A stretch of 64,000 bases of DNA from Mayamaea pseudoterrestris (Eukaryota): assembly GCA_027923505.1 (NCBI GenBank), contig BROI01000005.1:372001-436000 (forward strand), given 5' to 3'. Below the pieces are notes generated by a model. The model was not told where the DNA came from. It did not search any database and saw only the letters and a program-made list of their open reading frames with translations. The position numbers and the translations under genes are program-made. This document shows positions 36,980 to 49,251 of the stretch, in pieces (positions within the stretch are counted from its first letter, which is position 1; each line of letters begins with the position of its first letter).

Positions 36980-39092
36980 GATGGGAAGAGTGGGAAGAGG
37001 AGATTGTCTGGAATGGAACTGGAGCTGAAGGACAAAAGTACATGCAACACGATATAGAAATTTTGTTTCTGACCTGTGATGACTGGATGCGGCACGGTGG
37101 ACCTGCCCCGATCTCGTGATGCTATTCAATGAGATTCGAGACCAAGTGTATGGAATGCCAGAGTATTTTGTAGATGCCGTGGAACGAAATGCTAGACAAG
37201 ACAGAGCCAGAATTGTATCGTCGCATAGTATGTGAAGGCAGGGAAGGCAGTCATTGGTACTTGCTCAGGGTCATGAACCGTTTCGAGTGTTCTCCATACA
37301 ATTGGGACGGAAATGAGTGGCGTTTAGCTAAATATAATCCGGAATTGATGGAAGACTTCACCTAAACATGTCACGTTAATCTTGAGCTCTATCAAACTAG
37401 TACGGAAGATGTTATTTTCATAAGTTACTACTGCAACCATCATGACGGGTTCGCCCAATAACTCAGTAGGCCGACATTCACAAAAATCACGAGTTGTCGA
37501 AACGGAGCCGTCGCCTTTGGATATAAACTAATCGACGATTGTACTCCTTCAGGAACCGACAGCTATATAACGAGGCAATTACGATTGTCCATAAACTCTA
37601 TTCGCCTGTAAATCCCAGGCAAACAAACAACACTTACACCAGAAGACGGTTGATACCTGTGTCGTACCACGATTACTTGACTATTTAACAGTTACGATGT
37701 GGAGCTTGTGCCAAGCTCCACCCGCAGTTCACACTAGCTGTAGTTATTTCGCCAATATTGTTGACTTTCATAAAAGCCTCCTAATTGGTGAACAATAATT
37801 CTGACTGAAACAATAGCAATCGTAATGGCGAAGTCAGGAAGCAAAACAGGCAGCAACCGATTCGAGGAGACGATGGAAGAGTGGGAGGAGGAGATTATCT
37901 GGAATGGAGGTAAAGAACACAGGTCTTTCAAATACAATTTGGACATCTTGTTTCTGTCCTGTGATGACTGGATGCGCACGGTGGACCTGCCGCCGATCTC
38001 GTGATGCTATTCAATGAGATTCGAGACGAAGTGTATGGAATGCCAGGGGATCTTGAAGATGCCGTGAACGAAATGCTAGACAGGACAGAACCAGAATTGT
38101 ATCGTCGCATAGTATGTGAAGGCAGGGAAGGCAGTCATTGGTACTTGCTCAGGGTCATGAACCGTTTGAGTGTTCTCCATACAATTGGGATGCAAATGAG
38201 TGGCGTTTAGCCAAATATAATCCGGAATTGATGGAAGACTTCACCTAAACATGTCACGTTAATCTTGAGCTCTATCAAACTAGTATATAAGTTACTACTG
38301 CAACCATCATGACGGGTTTGCCCAATAACTCAGTAGGCCGACATTCGCAAAATCCCGTGTTGTCGAATTGAGCGTTGAGTTTTTCGAGTTCGGGAACTTC
38401 GATATAAAACTCGACAATTCATTACTTCCTTCGGGAACCGCAGCTATGTAACAAGGTATTTCGATCGTCCGTCAATTCATTCCTGTATTTACCCCACAAA
38501 CAATTACAGCTGATCATCAAGCATGTATGCGCTTCGCCATTATCGCGAGTTGTGTCCACGAAATATCCTGAAATAGGGCAACGACAACAAAGGAGTATGG
38601 ACTACTGATGCCATAAAATCGTCAGCATACACACATAGTCACTCTTATCCGAACAACCGCTGTAATGGTCAACCAGATCCCAACGCACATACGCACTCAG
38701 ATGATCGAAGAGGCCTGCGCAGAAGCGGAAGACAGATCGTTCGGAACGCCGAAACTACTACAACGACAAACAGAGCACGCGCTATTTGACGATGCGCATA
38801 ACTTGGACCTTATGCTTCTGGCCTGTGACGATTGGATGCGTAACGGTGGATCTGCAGCCCAACTGGAGCTATACAATCACATCCGTTCCGAGATGCCTGG
38901 AATGGGGAGATGATTTCGTTACCGTAAACGAAATGTTAGACACGACAGAACGAACTGTATCGTCGCATTGTAGTGCGAAGGCAGCCAAGGCAGTCATAGA
39001 TATCAATCATGGCCAACAACGATATCAGCAGAGAGTACACGTGGGATGGAGCACTGCGCTGTGCTCAAGCAGACATGGAATGGATACGTTAA
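36980..39092 (+). pseudogene. Frameshifted copies of the three 'CDDWMR' paralogs (copy 1)
   Basis: Collinear with 46366-48519; indel density rises towards the junction. Confidence 0.7.
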
Positions 39093-39164
39093 TTGTTACT
39101 TGAATTATGCCGCTTTAAAGTAGTGTTAATCTATAATACTCAATATAGAATCACTCATATTATA

Positions 39165-39800
39165 TTATTCAGATATGGACTTGTCACGATTTCGTGCAGT
39201 GATCTCGACGCGACTGCGATCGACCAAATCTATCTTACCATTTCCTGGACAAACTTTTCACTGTCGACCGCAGAACGGAACTTGAATCCGCATCTTGGTG
39301 AGATGTACATCTTGTCGACTTTTCTTGTGCGTTGGCGCGAGGAACATTAAACTGTATCCACCCAGGTCCCCATTGTCGCAGACGTATAGTCGGTTCTCAA
39401 CGACGGTAACTGATACGACTTAGCATTTGCTTCCAGGTACTGAATTGCCTTTATATGAGGAGCATTGGCATCAAACCAATAGGATTATCATACCTCGAAC
39501 AAATGTGTGAGTCTTCCTTGTGTCTCCACCACAAAACCATCCGGGACACAACATAAGACTTCAGTGGAATTCACATATTTACTATGAGTTTGATATCTAT
39601 CCAAGCAAATAATCAGCGTTTTAGAAGGATCCCGATGAAAACGTAGCATCTTCTGTTTCAAAGAACGAACTCCACATCTTCACCTGTTCTTAACAATCCT
39701 TCACTGGTCGTGGTCCGAGAGAGCTGGCACACATCAAACTATTAACGAGCCGAATCTAAACACACTGCTGTGTCTGATTTACAATTTACTTTCATAATGG
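39165..39800 (-). pseudogene. Degraded copy of the MBD-like gene at 48592-49251
   Basis: Collinear sequence (cggaacttgaatccgcatcttggtgag..., ccacccaggtccccattg) with many indels. Confidence 0.75.
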
Positions 39801-40051
39801 ATAAGGCAGAGCACGAAACGCCCGTTAACGAAAAAGCATGTATTATGAGTATGAAATGCACGTCCATAAATAAATTTTTCGCTGACGTAAGAAACATCCG
39901 TTGACGTTCGGCGTCGCTCACGTACTTTCGCTGAAAAATCGTGCCAACTGGAAACCGAGCGGACTGGAAGAGGTGAAGAATCCTCAACAATTCACTTCGA
40001 TAGATATATGTATGTTGCCTCTCCACGCTTAACATCTTCGCTATAACCACA

Positions 40052-42735
40052 ATGCCGAGACGAGTTACTTCCACAAAAAGCGAAAGAGCAAAAAAGCAGC
40101 ACGTATCGTACAACAAAAGAACCAGCTTCTTGTACAGGAAAGACCCATGGTGATTCCCATGATGCAATCTTTTATCAACTTAGTAACCGGTCTCAATCAC
40201 CAACAGAACCACCGAGACACCCCATTGCCTGCAACCAACGAAGAGGTCGACCCGCAACCACGAGACGAAACGGCCATTACGGAGAATCACACGGCGTCAA
40301 AGACAACAACAACAATCTCAGACGCAACCCCACAAGAGACAGAGTCGGAGACAATGGATTCTGAGATCCTCAAGAAATGAATGAACTTGATTCCAATCAG
40401 TCAAATCTCGAGTCCAACCCCGACGAGGTTGACGACGCACCATCAGTTCAATACTGACGAGGCTGAATACGCCGGCGATGACGATGACGAGGATGATGAT
40501 TACATCGATGCCGGAGTCTCTCATTCGCGCCGAAATCAATCCCCAGGCCACACTTCCACATTAAAGGAGATATCGTCTCGACACGGCCGACAAGAAGCTT
40601 AACTACACCAAAAGGAATCAAAGCAGAAAGTAGCAATCCCTTATTCGAACTTGACTCGGAAGCAAATTTATCGGACAACCCGTCATACTTCGAACTCGAA
40701 GAGCACGCGAACAGGAGATGCATCTGAGAGTTTTGGAAAAGCTCGAGGAAATCGAAGCTCAGTCTTGGTGAAAATAACATTGAATCCATCCTGAAGCTCC
40801 CTGTGCCTGACAAATACGATGATTGTTGCTCATGTCAAAAATACGAAATCACAATTCCAAACATTACGATCGGGCGCAACAACCACTGACTTCATCAACG
40901 AGTCACAGAAACATATGTATTGGCACAATAAAATGATCGCAACGAAGACTTCTACAAGGCCATATCCGGTCTTTCGTGGAGTATGTCTTGTCATGCAACG
41001 ACCTTGATGCGCCGCTTCTTGGAGTTGATAACGGAAATGATATATTGATGAAATATACACTAAAAGTCATTGGTAAGTGAATCGCTCTACAGTTTCTTCC
41101 TTGTTTTCTTTGCCCACTAACTCATGCTCATTTCCATCTTCTCGTCAGTCGCAGCAAAGGATAGTAAAGATTGCGACAATTTGATGTGCATGATTAACTA
41201 TTGGGCAACTGAAACAATCAAAGAAGGGTTGGAGATGGAGAGTGCAACCTGTATAATTCCCGACGCATATGAATTCTATCACAGCACGAACATTCTGGAC
41301 CGAAAGGATGATGTCTCCTGCGTATGCATTCATATGGAAACATTATGGCTCTGTTTTTTATCGATCGCGAATATTGTACTTCTTGGCAACGAAGGAGCTG
41401 GAAAAGCCTTTGATGAATACACCAAACGTAACCAATGCTTTGTTCGTCGGTTCTTGACTGCTGCATTCAATCCTAAAAGCATCGACAACAAGAAATCATG
41501 GTACTGTATGAAGCATCGTTCTTCAGCTCGCGCGATGTGCCACTTGGCATATGCGCCTATCTTGAAAGACGCGTAAGTGGAAAGCATGTCCTGTGCCGCG
41601 GTTCGTGTTAGGTCGTTATCTGACTGATCCATGACTGATCCACGTCTTCTCAGCCTCTTTTTCAAAGACCCGTACAGTAACTTGGAAAGCCATTGCAAAA
41701 ATAAACTGGAGTTTTGCAACTTGATCATCAAGACGGTGGCTCAATCGTTGATTGCGTCTTCTCTTTTTGCGAACGTTATAATTCATATCATGGGGTCGTC
41801 CTTCTCGTCAGTCGTTGCAACCTTTGTACGATCGCACCGAAAAGAAGATTTACAATTCACAAAGGCGAAGCTTGATATTCTCAACAAGAAGGAGATTAAC
41901 GAGGTTCGCCAGAAACAGATCCTTCAATTGTTCCAATGGTTGCAAAAGGAGTTTCCGGTGGCAGAGAAAGTGCGAACAAATCGCAACGGGGTTTGGGATT
42001 TGATTGTGTCGTTGCTTTTGCGTCAGTTCATAGCTCCAAAATCCACATTCTGTCAGTCACTGAAAGTTCTAAAAGAAGCGACGAAAGCATCATCTATCAA
42101 TCGATCAAGTGCAAAGCGAAAATTCGAGCAATCAGATGCCGCGGAACCTGTCGGTGCAAAGACTGGTAATTGGGATCCACATAACGAGAACGTGAAAACT
42201 GGTGGATCGTTCATGCAGGTATTCACTGAGGTGGCATTCAAGACACTGGCTGCCGTGTGCTCAGATTCGGAAGCCGAGGGTCTCGAAAAAGGTGGATTTA
42301 AAAATGGTCTATAATCACTTCAGGAATGATGGCGACAAGGAATATATGACCAAATGGATGAAGATGTTCTATAACTCAATGAAGGTTACCATCGACACTT
42401 TCAAAAGAAGCGCAGTATTCGACATGTTCACACGGTTGTTCGATTCAGCTCTGCAGCATTATGCCGACGGGGATTTGACCATGACACCCTCAATTCTATT
42501 CAGAATTGCAGCCAATTCTCTAAATGATGATGCTCGGATTACAGAAATCGAAGCAGAGTATGAAGCGGATCTGAAAGCTTGTAAGCGTTGCATTGAAAAT
42601 TGCAAGGGCGATGTCAAAGAAACATTGACACTTGCGAAGAAGACTCCCCAGTTTTATATCAAGTTCTTCACCGACGACGACCCGGTCTATCATATGTTTT
42701 CAACATTCATTGATATTGGTCTGACACACATGTAA
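40052..42735 (+). pseudogene. Frameshifted copy 2 of the three-exon 30645-33339 gene
   Basis: Near-identical sequence with many 1-4 bp indels in its 5' two-thirds; 3' end matches copy 1. Confidence 0.8.
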
Positions 42736-42906
42736 TAAACCGATGTATACACACGACAGAGCGAATATGAGGAGCGAGTGATGGTTGTGCCGATCCTATA
42801 GTCTATGTTCGAATTAAAGTGATAACTTATAATCATCGTTATCTTATATCTTCACTTTCTGTATAGACCGACATTACGTATCTCCAAGTCCAAGGTCTCT
42901 GGCAAA

Positions 42907-43632
42907 TCAATGCTCCGTTGGACGACCAAATATGCCACCCAACAATTCGGGGTAGGAGGTGGCGAAGTCATGGTTAAGGACCTCAAAGTCGTACATGGAT
43001 TTGATCAAGGCCTCGATGGTGTTATCCTGGAAAACTATAAATGGATATTTTGTAAGTATAAGATTAACACACCAAACATTGAACAAACAGGAAAACTTAC
43101 AATCATCAAGTGGTCGAACCCGATCTCTGGGACTGTAGTCCATCTTGCGAATGTTGGGAGGTGGATACTTGCTTGTCTTGTCGCCACGCAGGATTTCTTC
43201 CATGATTGCCATCGTCTCCATTCGCTCCGTTGGTGCAGGAGGTGCTTCAAATTTACGAACAAACACGGCTCTTGGGTATGCTTCCCCAGATGTGACGTTC
43301 AACTGCAACATACTCTCGCTCGTTCCTGGAACACGACGGTTGAAAACCTTGAGATCGATTACTTTTGCGCGTGCCGACAGCTTGTGCGGATTCTTGATGC
43401 CATCCTTCAATGGAAAGTTATACGCGTCCTTTCGTTCCGTGCTATCTTCGTAGGTTATAATCTGCAACGCAAGATCAGGATGGACAGAGTGCGTTACAAG
43501 TCTGGCTTCCGTTCCTTTTCCTTGTTTGACGTTGCTGCTGCGGGGCGGAGAAGCCCGGACCACTGGGGACGAATTCGCCTTGGTAGGGCTTTTGGTCTCC
43601 TCTTTACTCTTGGCAGGGGTCGTCTTGGTCAT
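42907..43632 (-). CDS. Hypothetical cargo protein (copy 2 of 33511-34236)
   Basis: 241-aa ORF with one amino-acid difference (E/V) from copy 1. Confidence 0.65.
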   Translation of the reverse strand: MTKTTPAKSKEETKSPTKANSSPVVRASPPRSSNVKQGKGTEARLVTHSVHPDLALQIITYEDSTERKDAYNFPLKDGIKNPHKLSARAKVIDLKVFNRRVPGTSESMLQLNVTSGEAYPRAVFVRKFEAPPAPTERMETMAIMEEILRGDKTSKYPPPNIRKMDYSPRDRVRPLDDCKFSCLFNVWCVNLILTKYPFIVFQDNTIEALIKSMYDFEVLNHDFATSYPELLGGIFGRPTEH

Positions 43633-43654
43633 GTTTCAGGATTGATTTTATGAG

Positions 43655-44654
43655 ATGTTTCCTCGCAACTTGCTGTACTTACATCACCAATTTAATCAAT
43701 ATTCGGCCTCCAAATATTCAGTGCAAGACTCGACAACATATACGGATCTTAACTTTCGTCGACCTGTTCGTGTCGTACATCCGTTTACTAACCGACTCAG
43801 AAATATAAGACCAAAACAACGTTCTACAACACTCAACGGATCTACGAATTTTTCGTTTGGGAAAACGACTCGGACGATTTTGACCAAAGAGAATTCACAA
43901 CTGTGGAAAAATAACTTCAACGGTTCCCCGGCGCGAATTAAATGGAATCAGCTTTCGGAAGCCTCACAATATCACGGTCAAACACGATAACTTGATGGAC
44001 ATGAACCCACATAAACTGCAAGGATGTACAACAAGAACAGTAGATGACGTACTCATTCGAGAAATATACTTTCGCATGAAACTTTCGTCCAAAGTCATCA
44101 TCGAATATATCGTTACAAATCGGAACGCAACTCACATGAATACCGCATTGCTGCAAAGTTTCACGGGTGCAATCATATACGAGACGTGCATCGCAGCAGA
44201 TTTGCTAGGAGTCAACCTTTTGATTATGGCGAAAGATAAGTCGGACTTAAATTCCAGAAAATATCCGGAAATGACTAACATTGCCCCGCACCGAATAGAC
44301 AAGTACACTACGCTTTCATGCGCAACGGGAATCACAGCGGACACATGTCCTGATGGAGCGTATCAAGACTGCATTCGACAACCTTTCTCGAGCAACTCAA
44401 CTTACGTCCATAGCATCGTAGACGAACTGACCCAAATATCAACAACCTTTGCCGAAAAACGAGGCTTCCTCAAGTTTGATACGGTTGCGAATTTAGTCAT
44501 TGCAATTGACAACGAAGTAGCAGAATTCGCAGACTGCTTCAACTGGTTACCCGACAACGCATCGTCCAAGTTATACTCTATGGACCACATTATCAAAGCC
44601 GGATATGAATTGGCTGACATTATGTTGCTTACTGTACGCTTGCTAAACAGATAG
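43655..44654 (+). CDS. Hypothetical ~330-aa cargo protein (copy 2), one apparent frameshift near 43955
   Basis: Adjacent ORFs 43655-43990 and 43992-44654; the two copies carry different indels at the same site (ctttcggaag vs ctttcgcacggaag). Confidence 0.55.
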
Positions 44655-45289
44655 ATAAACAGATATCAAGTCAACAGCACTAACGTTACATCACTAGTCT
44701 TTTCGAATTATCCAAGGTGGTGAATAAGAACAGAACATGGCGATTTCGTCAATATTCTCGTATTCCAACGACCGCCATTCGAATATTCACCTGGGTCCTG
44801 AATCTGTGTTTCTATCTCTAGCACCGGTGTGTTGTGGCCCTGTGTTTCTATTTCAAGCGTCCCTGTGCTGGGTGAAGGTTCTTCCAGACCAATGGACATG
44901 ACGGCATCCAATACATCCGCTTTTCGTTTCATATAATGAGTCTGCGAACGGATCAACTATAGATTCTTCTTGAATGACCGTTACAATTGGACGGAAACGA
45001 GATGGCTTGAGTTCTGCTTGTATATTATTAGAACACGACGATCGAGCGTTCCAACCAGAACGAGTTTATCCTCTTCCCCATGCCACAATTGGTGGGGGCG
45101 TACCGTTGAATGACATTTCCGTCATCGCCGAAAAAGAATAACAGCCCTTTTCTACAAACTGGAATTTCGGACGTACTCGAACGCCTTCCAAGCCTACCAT
45201 TCCACTCTCGTTGTCATCGAATATTCGTCTTCTATGCTTGAACAATATTTTAACTCTTGTCGCTACATCAAACAATACAATTCGAAATA

Positions 45290-45666
45290 ATGAATGACTG
45301 TGGCATCTGCCATTGTTCAATGACAGAGAGACAGCGCTCGATGGTAAATTCCTGCGAACACGAATTTTGCATCCGTTGCATTCGAAAATGGAGCGAGACA
45401 GAGGCAAAGAAGAAACAATGTCCTCGTTGTCCATTATGTCGGAGATGGTACACGATAATAATCAAGTGCAAGGAATTGTCGAACCGCGAACTATTCACAA
45501 TAAGAGTTTTCGTAGAGCAACCGTCGGCAAATACAGAATAGAATACTCTTGTTGCTACTATCGTTGTATCATAGCGTCTTTACAATATGTCCAGGGCGTG
45601 TCGCACGCGTATACTTACAAAGTTGGGCTTGCACATGCGCAGAAACGAGATTTCGTCAACGCCTAA
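45290..45666 (+). CDS. Small C3HC4 RING-finger protein (possible homopolymer frameshift near 45508)
   Basis: CGIC-x13-CEHEFCIRCIRKW-x11-CPLCR fits the RING-HC consensus. Confidence 0.75.
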
Positions 45667-45969
45667 CTCGAGCGAATCACTATCCGAGATTAAACGTTCC
45701 AACGGCTCGAGAAAAGCGCACGATTATCCAAACCTTCCGGATGCGTCGATGAGTCAATTGTCGGCGTGGCGTTCAGACAAATACTACCTATTATTCGCTG
45801 GAGCAGATGAATCGCGACTGATGCCTTTGCCTGCCGGCTGCGGAACTTTGTGGTGGATAAGGCTGGCATGTATGCGGTAACCAAGTTATGGTCACAAGTT
45901 GAAAATAGCCAACGAAGCGATAATGTCAATGCATACAAGTATGTGTCAAGTGTCAAGTTATCCAACCTA

Positions 45970-46100
45970 AGAAAATCGACTTTCAATATAAACGAGTTGG
46001 CGAATTCGACCGTTGAGTTTTCTCCAAATGAGGAAATCGCCTTTGGATATAAACTAATCGTCAATTGTACTCCTTCAGGAACCGACAGCTATGTAACGAG
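45970..46100 (+). promoter_or_regulatory. Conserved island-specific block found upstream of cargo genes (related copies at ~46880, ~47750 and ~62560-62710, and in duplicate copy 1)
   Basis: aaatcgactttcaatataaacgagttggcgaattcgaccgttgagttttctc...gaggaaatcgcctttggatataaac aligns with aaatttgctttccatataaacgagatgtcgaaatcgagcgttgagttttctt...gaggaaatcacctttcgaaataaac at 62581; regulatory role is inferred. Confidence 0.5.
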
Positions 46101-46365
46101 GCAATTACGATTGTCCATAAAATCTAATCGCCTGTAAATCCCAGACAAACAAACAACACTTACACCTGAAGACGGTTGATACCTGTGTCGTACCACGATT
46201 ACTTGCGACATTTAACGGTTACGATGTGGAGCTTGTACCAAGCTCCACCCGCAGTTCACACTAGCTGTAAGTCATTCGCCGATATTGTTGACTGATATAG
46301 AAGCCTTATAATTGGTGAACAATAATGATGATTGAATTGACAAAACAGGCAACAACAGATTAGAA

Positions 46366-46755
46366 GTGGCGATGGAAGAGTGGGAAGAGGAGATTGTCTG
46401 GAATGGAACTGGAGCTGAAGGACAAAAGTACATGCAACACGATATAGAAATTTTGTTTCTGACCTGTGATGACTGGATGCGGCACGGTGGACCTGCCGCC
46501 GATCTCGTGATGCTATTCAATGAGATTCGAGACCAAGTGTATGGAATGCCAGAGTATTTTGTAGATGCCGTGAACGAAATGCTAGACAAGACAGAGCCAG
46601 AATTGTATCGTCGCATAGTATGTGAAGGCAGGGAAGGCAGTCATTGGTACTTGCTCAGGGTCATGAACCGTTTCGAGTGTTCTCCATACAATTGGGACGG
46701 AAATGAGTGGCGTTTAGCTAAATATAATCCGGAATTGATGGAAGACTTCACCTAA
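46366..46755 (+). CDS. Small acidic protein, 'CDDWMR' family paralog 1
   Basis: 129-aa ORF (ATG at 46372); shares EIxWN, LxCDDWMRxGG and AVNEMLDxTEPELYRRIVCEG..GSHWYLL with its two neighbours. Confidence 0.75.
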   Translation: MAMEEWEEEIVWNGTGAEGQKYMQHDIEILFLTCDDWMRHGGPAADLVMLFNEIRDQVYGMPEYFVDAVNEMLDKTEPELYRRIVCEGREGSHWYLLRVMNRFECSPYNWDGNEWRLAKYNPELMEDFT

Positions 46756-47213
46756 ACATGTCACGTTAATCTTGAGCTCTATCAAACTAGTACGGAAGAT
46801 GTTATTTTCATAAGTTACTACTGCAACCATCATGACGGGTTCGCCCAATAACTCAGTAGGCCGACATTCACAAAATCACGAGTTGTCGAATTCGAGCGTC
46901 GCCTTTGGATATAAACTAATCGACGATTGTACTCCTTCAGGAACCGACAGCTATATAACGAGGCAATTACGATTGTCCATAAACTCTATTCGCCTGTAAA
47001 TCCCAGGCAAACAAACAACACTTACACCAGAAGATGGTTGATACCTGTGTCGTACCACGATTACTTACGACATTTAACAGTTACGATGTGGAGCTTGTGC
47101 CAAGCTCCACCCGCAGTTCACACTAGCTGTAGTTATTTCGCCAATATTGTTGACTTTCATAAAAGCCTCCTAATTGGTGAACAATAATTCTGACTGAAAC
47201 AATAGCAATCGTA

Positions 47214-47639
47214 ATGGCGAAGTCAGGAAGCAAAACAGGCAGCAACCGATTCGAGGAGACGATGGAAGAGTGGGAGGAGGAGATTATCTGGAATGGAGGT
47301 AAAGAACACAGGTCTTTCAAATACAATTTGGACATCTTGTTTCTGTCCTGTGATGACTGGATGCGGCACGGTGGACCTGCCGCCGATCTCGTGATGCTAT
47401 TCAATGAGATTCGAGACGAAGTGTATGGAATGCCAGGGGATCTTGAAGATGCCGTGAACGAAATGCTAGACAGGACAGAACCAGAATTGTATCGTCGCAT
47501 AGTATGTGAAGGCAGGGAAGGCAGTCATTGGTACTTGCTCAGGGTCATGAACCGTTTCGAGTGTTCTCCATACAATTGGGATGCAAATGAGTGGCGTTTA
47601 GCCAAATATAATCCGGAATTGATGGAAGACTTCACCTAA
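47214..47639 (+). CDS. Small acidic protein, 'CDDWMR' family paralog 2
   Basis: 141-aa ORF; C-terminal half nearly identical to paralog 1. Confidence 0.78.
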   Translation: MAKSGSKTGSNRFEETMEEWEEEIIWNGGKEHRSFKYNLDILFLSCDDWMRHGGPAADLVMLFNEIRDEVYGMPGDLEDAVNEMLDRTEPELYRRIVCEGREGSHWYLLRVMNRFECSPYNWDANEWRLAKYNPELMEDFT

Positions 47640-48066
47640 ACATGTCACGTTAATCTTGAGCTCTATCAAACTAGTATATAAGTTACTACTGCAACCATCA
47701 TGACGGGTTTGCCCAATAACTCAGTAGGCCGACATTCGCAAAATCCCGTGTTGTCGAATTCGAGCGTTGAGTTTTTTCGAGTTCGGGAAATCGCTTTCGA
47801 TATAAACTAATCGACAATTTTACTCCTTCGGGAACCGACAGCTATGTAACAAGGTATTTCGATCGTCCGTCAATTCTATTCGCCTGTATTTACCCCTACA
47901 AACAATTACAGCTGATCATCAAGCATGTATGCCTTTCGCCAATATTGTCGACGTTGTGTCCACGAAATATCCTGAAATAGGTAAACGATAACAAAGGAGT
48001 ATTGACTACTGATGCCATAAAATCGCAAGCATACACATAGTCACTCTTATCGCAACAACCGCTGTA

Positions 48067-48519
48067 ATGGTCAACGTAGATCCCAACGCACATGACACTC
48101 GACTCAGAAGATTCGAAGAGGCCTGCGAAGAAGCGGAAGACGAGATCGTTTGGAACGCCGGAAACTACTACAACGACGAAACAGAGTACGCGCTATTTGA
48201 CGATGCGCATAACTTGGACCTTATGCTTCTGGCCTGTGACGATTGGATGCGTAACGGTGGATCTGCAGCCCAACTCGTGGAGCTATACAATCACATCCGT
48301 TCCGAGATGCCTGGAATGGGAGATGATTTCGTTACCGCCGTAAACGAAATGTTAGACACGACAGAACCGGAACTGTATCGTCGCATTGTATGCGAAGGCA
48401 GCCAAGGCAGTCATTGGTATTTACTTCCAATCATGGCCGACAACGATATCAGCAGAGAGTACACGTGGGATGGAGACGAAGGTCGCTTGCTCAAGTACGA
48501 CATGGAATGGATACGTTAA
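48067..48519 (+). CDS. Small acidic protein, 'CDDWMR' family paralog 3 (more divergent)
   Basis: 150-aa ORF with the same motifs conserved despite divergence elsewhere. Confidence 0.78.
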   Translation: MVNVDPNAHDTRLRRFEEACEEAEDEIVWNAGNYYNDETEYALFDDAHNLDLMLLACDDWMRNGGSAAQLVELYNHIRSEMPGMGDDFVTAVNEMLDTTEPELYRRIVCEGSQGSHWYLLPIMADNDISREYTWDGDEGRLLKYDMEWIR

Positions 48520-48591
48520 TTGTTACTTGAATTATGCCGCTTTAAAGTAGTGTTAATCTATAATACTCAATATAGAATCACTCATATTATA

Positions 48592-49251
48592 TTATTCAGA
48601 TATGGACTTGATACGATTTCGTGCAGTGATCTCGGCGCGACTGCGATCGACCAAATCTATCTTACCCATTTCCTGGACAAACCTTTTCACTTCGACCGCA
48701 GAACGGAACTTGAATCCACATCTTGGTGAGATGTAATACTTGTCGACTTTTCTTGGTGCGTTGGCGCGAGGAACATTAAACTGTATCCACCCAGGTCCCC
48801 ATTGACGCAGACGATAGTCGGTTCTCAACGACGGTAACTGATACGACTTAGCATTTGCTTCCAGGTACTGAATTGCCTTTATATGAGGAGCATTGGCATC
48901 ACCAATAGGATTATCATACCTGCGAACAAATGTGAGTCTTTTTCCTTGTGTCTCCACCACAAAACCCATCCGGACACAACATAAGACTTCATGGTAGTTC
49001 ATATCATATTCCTTACGATGAGTTTGATATCTATCCCCAAGCAAATAATCAACAGTTTTAGAAGGATCCATCCTGACAGGCAAACGTAGCATCTTCTGTT
49101 TCAAAGAACGAACTCCACATCTTTCAATTGTCTCGAACAATCCTTCACTGGTCGTGTCCGAGAGAGCTTGGCAATACATCAAACTATTAACGTAGCCGTC
49201 GAATCTAAAACCGCACGCTTGTGGGTCTGATTTCATAATTTCCACTTTCAT
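48592..49251 (-). CDS. MBD-like domain protein 1
   Basis: WGPGWIQFNVPRANAPRKVDKYYISPRCGFKFRSAVEVKRFV fits the MBD consensus GW.....R......D.YY.SP.G.KFRS..EV..Y/F. Confidence 0.8.
   Translation of the reverse strand: MKVEIMKSDPQACGFRFDGYVNSLMYCQALSDTTSEGLFETIERCGVRSLKQKMLRLPVRMDPSKTVDYLLGDRYQTHRKEYDMNYHEVLCCVRMGFVVETQGKRLTFVRRYDNPIGDANAPHIKAIQYLEANAKSYQLPSLRTDYRLRQWGPGWIQFNVPRANAPRKVDKYYISPRCGFKFRSAVEVKRFVQEMGKIDLVDRSRAEITARNRIKSISE

Noticed and set aside
44708..44956. 82-aa minus-strand ORF with a repeated LEIETQ (also 35318-35566)
   Set aside because: Short, no ATG start and no recognisable motif; identity between copies reflects only the recent duplication
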